Positions 56,166-64,000 of a stretch of DNA of 64,000 nt are shown one piece after another. A program made the translations under genes and the position numbers. A model generated the notes under the pieces. The model was not told the origin of the DNA, ran no database searches, and worked only from the letters and a program-made list of their open reading frames with translations. Each line of letters starts with the position of its first letter. Position 1 is the stretch's first letter. Source of the stretch: Eledone cirrhosa (lineage: Eukaryota); the NCBI GenBank assembly GCA_964016885.1, contig OZ024740.1:115010001-115074000 (forward strand), read 5' to 3'.

Positions 56166-58929
56166 GAATATGAATACATGTATGCATTGGTATACACCCA
56201 TATATACATGTATAAATAATAACACCATATATATATGCTGATATATGAGTGTGTGTGTGCTTGTGTATATATTTGTGTATTGATGTATAATCTATATGCG
56301 CATATTTATATAATAGGAACTGTCATGCGCGTGCGCGTTTATTTCTTCATATATATATATAAACACACACACAGACATACATACACACGCGCACCCCACC
56401 CCAGACACACACATATATACATATATATATATATGTACTGGTAAAGTGATTATATGGATTATTATATATTTGCTAAATGCTGGATAAATATTCAATATAC
56501 GATAAAAACCTCCTCACTATGAAAACAAAATAATAGAATAAGTTCTCATATATACTAATCAATCAAAATGAATCCTAAAGTCAATTTGACCGAGAAACAA
56601 TGTGACGTCTTACGTAGGCGCCACACTTGAATGGGATGCTTACATCTTTTTACATTATTTTTTTTTTTTTTAATAGTTGTGTGGGTGGGGAAAATTCGAT
56701 TTGTAGCTACATTGTGTACGGTTTCTATTCTACAGTACTGTATGGTATCTTGGGCTAGTTTTCTCACTACCACACTCTACTATATGTTTCTGCTTGACCA
56801 AAGACATGAGTGAAGCGATCTATAGTAGCGTGTTGGGGGAATCGTTCTTGTTATTGTATGACATTTCATTTCGGTCACCGCCTTGTTTAGCACGTCAATA
56901 TGGCCCTCATTAAAGGAGTCCCCTCTATTGCAAGTATTCGGGGAAAATCTTGGGTGTGAAGTTGACGTCATTATAATTTTCCAGTCGTCTTCCAGCCTCA
57001 AAGAACTTGAAACATTTCATAGAAGAGCCTTCCCCCCGTCACTAAGCCATAAAAAAAGACAAAAACATATTGTATTTTAAATATTTTCACAAATTATATT
57101 GAGATTACTTTGACGTATTCGAGGTTACTCTATAGCTAAATACATAAGATGTTGGTCTAGAAACAGTTTATTTAATTACCCATCTAATTAGCTCGTCCCA
57201 CAGGACCAGAGATACACTGTGTTAGAAAAACCTCTCCGCAGTCTCTGTATTGATAATTGGTTTGGATTGTTCTTATCTTCATTTGTTATCTTGGGTTGTA
57301 GCAAGTCTTTGGTCACAATCTCGCTTGTCTAGGGTTAACCTGAGAGCTTTTAATCAACGTGAGCATCAACACAGACTATGATAATCATGAACCTCCAGAT
57401 AAATTGTAGCTGGATATATCAGTTGTTTTAACATTCATTCTTTTCTTGAAAGTATATGTGAAACCAAGTTCCAAATTCAAAATCAAATCAGTCTCAATCA
57501 TCATATAAACTGCATATGAAATAATTTCAGCACAACCTCATCAATTTTTGAGACAGCGGTTATTGATTATACTGACCCTAGAAACGACGTTCACCTCAGT
57601 GAGATTTGTATTCAGAATGTAGATACCCGAAATGGATGCTCTAGCGCATTTTGATCACAAATCTAGTATGACATTGCAGATAATATTAAGGCTATGTCTT
57701 TGTAAGAACCAATAGTAATGTTTGTTGTGAAGATGCGTGGCTTAGTGGCTATATTGTCTTAGCTCACGTTCGTAAAGTTATGATTTCAACTCCCGACAGC
57801 GCCTTGTGTCCTTGAGCAAATTTATTTTACATTGCCGCAGTTAACTCAGCTGGTAAATATGAGTTGTACCTGTAACACAAAGGTCCAGCGTTGCCATACA
57901 CTGTGTCAAGCTGAAAGTCCCCTGTCTATTGAATTTTCTGCTCCCTGCATGTTAATTTGACAAAATTTGTTCCACTGAACAATATCAGGAAAAATCATCG
58001 TCGAAACCGACGGATGTCCAAACACACACACTGTAACATTTGTTAAGACTAATGCTTCCAACAGAAAACTGCAACTAAACGGTAGACAAGTCTGACTTAG
58101 ACATATATTCTCAATGGTATTCATTTTCTGTGTAATTCCCTATGGTGTCCGATTTCTACATAATTATTGTCGCCAATTATCGTCTATGTATTTGTTTATA
58201 TTCAGCGTATGAATATTGTGTTGGACTGATGTCATAGCTTATAGAATTCATTTGAGCGCCTTGTCAAGAACAAATGTTGAAAGAAAAGCCGGTTCAATGA
58301 TTGGTTATTTAAAAAGACATGTGAGCATGAAATAATTGTTCTTAATTTAGGTACAAGGCCAGCAAATATAATGTTAGGGCAGGGGAAAAATCAATTAAAT
58401 CGTCCCATTAGTTGGAGGTCGGTAGCCAAGTGGTTTAGGTCTTCAACTCAGCAAGACTACGGTTGTCGGTCGATTTCTGCACCGAGTGGCGTATTGTATT
58501 CTGGGTCAAGACTCGTTATTTCACGCTGATTTTCTGATACGACTGAGGCCCTAGCTTAAATATACTCAAAAAGCTCGTAATAGAAACATACTTGTTGGAG
58601 GCCTACTAAACCAGAATAGGCGTTTGCTGTTAAATTCATTTTTTTTTTTTTTTTTTTTGTCAGTATTTGAATCTAATCTAATCTAATCTGGCCGAGTTTA
58701 CACTCGCAAATAAGAAGAACCAGGGCCGCCCCTAGAAACATTGAATTTGGTGTACTTCATATTTATTTCGGTTGCTGAATACGATCAGGGGTCACTGCTT
58801 CTCTTGAAGGTCAATAGTTCACTTCTAAATCGAGTGGCAGCGCCTTTCCATTCTCAATTTGTATTGATCATCTGCAAAGCCGCATTGTTCTCAGAACCAC
58901 TACACCAGTCTTTCGATGCGTGCAGCTGG

Positions 58930-59110
58930 AACTACTGCCACCCATTGATTTGGCAGGATCACAACTCATTTCTACAGCTGAGTAAACTGGAGCAACGTGA
59001 AATAAAGTGTCTTGCTCAAGGACACAACATATCACCCGGTCCGAGAAACGAACTCACAACCTTTCGATTGCAAGCCCAATGCTCTAACCACTAAGTCGTG
59101 TGCCTTCAGT
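58930..59110 (-). mobile_element. Second SINE family fragment
   Basis: CAGCTGAGTAAACTGGAGCAACGTGAAATAAAGTGTCTTGCTCAAGGACACAAC; similar segments near 2840-2900 and, inverted, 57735-57900. Confidence 0.6.
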
Positions 59111-59761
59111 ATATGACTGGTTCTTTTTTTATCGACTTTGGAGGAAAGAAAGGCAAAGTTGACGTTTGGGGGATTTGAACTCAGAATATAAATTGCCGTG
59201 TGGAAACATCAAAAATCAGTTTTCCAACGCACTAATGATTATGCCAAACTAAATCGAACTATTTTATTTTCGCCCGAAATAATATTGTTTGTTATATACA
59301 ATCAGAAAATTCCTCTAAATGTTAAGAGAAATAAATATTCTCCTCTCTGTGTTTTCGATAAGTTTTCCAGTTGAAAAATCCTTAAGTTTAACGTAGTATA
59401 GGTTCTTGAGACGTAACAACCAATGTACTTTCTAAATAGAGTAGACTCTTATCACTCTAGCGACTCAATAAATCAATAACCACTCTAAACAAGGCAGCTA
59501 TCCACCCGTATCTGATAACATTGATTTTACTCTAAAATGTTTGATGCTTAGCCTTTACTAAGTATCCTATTTGCTCCTGGATAAAGTTTCCATCGAATAA
59601 TATTTTTAAAGATTCTATAAGTGTTAATATTCCATACTATCACATTAAATTTATCTTGGATCTTATATATATATATATATATTATAAAGAGTAGGAACGT
59701 GACGGCTGAGCTCTTGCCGTTTTAGTAGCTAGTTTCAGGAAATTAAATGTAGAAGTGTATT

Positions 59762-59918
<157 letters not shown>

Positions 59919-60994
59919 TTATGTATGTATGTAAAACGTAAACAGAAATAACAACACAATCGGTACAGTATATGGAGGGGATATATTAGGTTAACGCTTG
60001 ATATAGCAAGAAGAGAGTCCTAACGTTTCGGACGCTAGTCCTTCATCATAAGAAAGAATGAGAAATATGATAGATTGAGGGAACGGGCGGTTTGGAATTG
60101 GAATCTAATGTCTTTAGATAAAAATAACAGGTCCAGACAAATCAGACATTATATATTACATGAACCAAATGTCCCTTAGCTATAACGAAAATGTTTGAAC
60201 ACGTCGTTACAAAGGTCATAAAAGAGAACATAACATATAACATACCAAACCTTAAACTAACTACAGAAACTTCGAAATAAAACATGATACCACAAATCTA
60301 AACATTCAGAACATATTGCATAGACCCGTTGTAAACTTCATGTCAGACACTGTTACATACGTGTAATATATTCTTGTCGGATACCATGCATTTATATCAA
60401 GGAGCCTTTACAACATATGATAGATTACATGAAACAAAATTATATAGAACTGTTTTAGTTGATAACGCTAGGGTCCTTTACAAGTATCATCCAAACTAAC
60501 AGAGGAAGATTAGCTACGAGAACATTTAACATTGCAGAATACTAAACAAAAATCGGAATAGATCCAGTAAATACTATACTACGAAAGTAGCCAGGAGATA
60601 AAAGCAAAAAAATATAATCCGGTGATGAGGAATTTATCAGTTACTAACACCAATCCCACGATTCAATGCGGCTTACTACAAAGATGGCGACAAAATGAGA
60701 CTATTTTTTTTTTTATTTACAAAATGGGGATGGAGTCTTAGAAACTTTAAAAGATATAGGAAAGTTCTTGTTCCCAAGAAAAATGGACTAATAAAGAAAT
60801 ATGAAAAAATCATTAACAAAACTGATAATACGCAAACATTATTTTATATAAGTATATATGTTTATATATATGCATGCATATATGTATGTATGCATGCATG
60901 TATGTATATTTGTATGAATGTATATTTGTATGTATGTATTTATGCTTGCATGTATGTATATCTGTATGTACATATTTATTTGTATATGTATGTT

Positions 60995-61030
<36 letters not shown>

Positions 61031-61066
61031 AGGGGGGGGGGGGTTCATTTATATATATGTATGTGC

Positions 61067-61101
<35 letters not shown>

Positions 61102-61182
61102 GTATGCATGTATGTATAGTTGTATGTATATTTGTATGTATGTATTTATGTTTGCACGTATGTATATCTGTATGTACATCCG

Positions 61183-61592
61183 GGAGAGATGACCCCTTAG
61201 CCTTTGGCAAGGCAGAATTCTAGGAGAAGGAAAACTCTGATATAACACCTGCAGCCCTGATGGTATCCAATGATGTTGACTTGTTCTTCTTTTTGGTAAA
61301 TATCAACTTGGTTAAGAGAGTGGGACTGGCTTTGTGCAGTGCCTTTGCTCACTATAAAGGCTTCACGGCACAGACATTGCTTTATATCTGGAGATCTTTC
61401 TGCACTTGTCGTCACATGGTACCATGGGCCCAGCACTATGTCTCAATAATTGTCACAAGTGTAGTGTTTGTATCAGAGTGTTCAAGTCGCTGGCTGGACT
61501 AAAACGTCACACTCGTTCAGCGCATCGGTAGGAGTTCTCCTACATGGATATAAAGTAGTGGCCGTACTCGAAAACGAGTTGGCAGCCACCAT
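61183..61592 (+). mobile_element. Non-coding RTE-related retroposon, copy 3
   Basis: Reverse complement of the 37.8-kb and 48.7-kb copies. Confidence 0.6.
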
Positions 61593-61682
61593 GTACGTAT
61601 GTACATATTTATTTGTATATGTATGTTTGTATATTTATATATATATGTGTGTGTGTGTTCATTTATATATATATATATATAT

Positions 61683-61762
<80 letters not shown>

Positions 61763-62301
61763 GTGTCTGTAAGTGTGTAAGGGGTTGCATGGATAGAAAC
61801 TCACATACGCACACGCTAGTACATAACACACACTCTTATAATCCGCATTATTCATTCATTTAATGCATCTGTAAATTTCCGACGCAAATATGGTAGATTA
61901 AAAATACCATTTACTTCTTTGTGTATTGATGTTTACTATAGAAATAAATAAAAGCAAGGAAAACAAACCTAACTGTCTTAAAACTAAAGAAACATCCTGG
62001 TTTCCAAAATGTCTACAAATATAATTAATCTCATCAATTGGGTTATGAAAAATGGATCATAATATTGGCAACACAGAGAAATAAAAGAAGAAAAACATTT
62101 GATGAGAAACAGTTGGCTTGTGCATATAAGTGTTTGTGTAGGCATGTGTATAGATGTCTGCGTATCCATGTATATGTTATATGTGTGTATAAACATACAC
62201 ACCAAAAAGCATAGGCAGCGTCCCACACATATATATATATTAATATATGTGTGTGTATGTGTGTGTGTTCATATATATATATATTTATATATATATATAC
62301 G

Positions 62302-62363
<62 letters not shown>

Positions 62364-62688
62364 CATACATATGTGGGTGTACGTGTCTGTATGAAAGCAA
62401 AAAAATAAAAGCAATATATCTTCTTATATTCTAACATTCGGTTCCCTTTGTTCTTTTTATCCTTACAACATTTGCTTGGCAATCTTTTGCTCTTTCCTAT
62501 CAAATGATTATGTAATCATATTATTATACGCTGTTTAATGCGTCATGTTATGGAGTAAAGCAAGCGTGAAAAGACAGTATTTTTGCTATTTATTTTATAG
62601 ATGTTAACCTCAGCTTCCTAGACATACATATCTTTCTCCATATCTTTTTTTTATTCTTTGTGTGCATGTGTGTCTGTATGCATATATG

Positions 62689-62721
<33 letters not shown>

Positions 62722-62728
62722 GTGCGTG

Positions 62729-62782
<54 letters not shown>

Positions 62783-62784
62783 TG

Positions 62785-62852
<68 letters not shown>

Positions 62853-62854
62853 TA

Positions 62855-62982
<128 letters not shown>

Positions 62983-63437
62983 AAGAGAGAGAAAGAGAGA
63001 GAAATGGAGGGAGATAAATGTATTTACGTGTATATGCATATGTATGCATATATATATATATGTATAATTATATATAAAATAATATATATATATATAAACT
63101 CTAAGTCTCAATTATGATTTCAATGTCTTTGTGGGCGTCTTTATACATTTATAGGTTTCCCCCTCTTGATTTTATGATCTCCTTTGAAGTTTAAACGTCA
63201 TCCTTATAGCACTGAATGCTGTTATCTGTGACCGAATGTATACAGATAGTTCCACTTCAAACCAGAGTGTTGTTCAACAACGCAGTTATCCGCCATCTTT
63301 CATTACCTCCATACTACTCTGCTGCCTACTCATACGGTCACAGGCCTCACTACTTCTGACGTGTATGTTAATTATGATAATCATCAACAAAACTACAATA
63401 AAAAAGGACTAAATATTATATGCCATCGTAAACACAC

Positions 63438-63520
<83 letters not shown>

Positions 63521-63748
63521 TATATACATATATATATGGGTGTCTGTGTGTGTGTTGAGGGAGAGAAAAAAACAGAAAGAAAGAAGGAAAGAAGGAAAGA
63601 AAGAAAGAGTGAGAAAGGGAGAAACGAAGAGAGATTTCTATTTAAGTACATATATACTGATTTTAATATAAATTAAAAACAGATATCTTTTCTAAATAAG
63701 ACATTAGTATAATATAGTCCATATTTTTGTATATTTAACGATAATTGT

Positions 63749-63930
63749 TTCTACTTTTCGCACAAGGCCACCAATTACCTAAGTGCATTACTGGTGCTTT
63801 ATTTTATCGACTACGTAAGGATGAAAGGTAAAATTAACCACGACGGGATTTGAACACATAGCGTAAAGGGACGTAACTCTATGCTGCAAAGAATGGTGTC
63901 TGATGCTTTACCGATACTGCCAATCCACCG
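63749..63930 (-). mobile_element. tRNA-derived SINE with degenerate ~20-bp TSD
   Basis: Family body; TTGTATATTT(A/G)ACGA at 63727 and 63932. Confidence 0.8.
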
Positions 63931-64000
63931 ATTGTATATTTGACGAAAATGTACAATAACAGTGGCTTTGAGATTTCGCCAGGTACGGCTATTCAGACGT

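Overview
AT-rich, microsatellite-dense eukaryotic DNA with no recognisable host protein-coding gene. The tRNA-derived SINE family and repeat landscape suggest a cephalopod such as Octopus (inference). The window is almost entirely transposon-derived. It holds a near-full-length but disrupted R4/Dong-type LINE (RT, CCHC, restriction-like endonuclease), fragments of RTE, L1/Tx1 and Hero-like LINEs, two Helitron derivatives, a Tc1/mariner MITE, many SINEs and several Penelope-like elements (PLEs; RT plus GIY-YIG), two of them with long inverted terminal repeats. The most notable signal is RNA-level. At least six distinct sequence families of type I hammerhead ribozyme (HHR) motifs sit in PLE terminal repeats and in short non-coding fold-back elements embedded in (TA)n tracts. 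These include a 310-bp tandem, highly structured HHR array at 29.4-31.0 kb (retrozyme-like) and an HHR with a compensatory U3-A8 catalytic-core variant. All structures were paired by eye and coordinates are approximate to a few bases. Most short ORFs in the supplied track are microsatellite artefacts.
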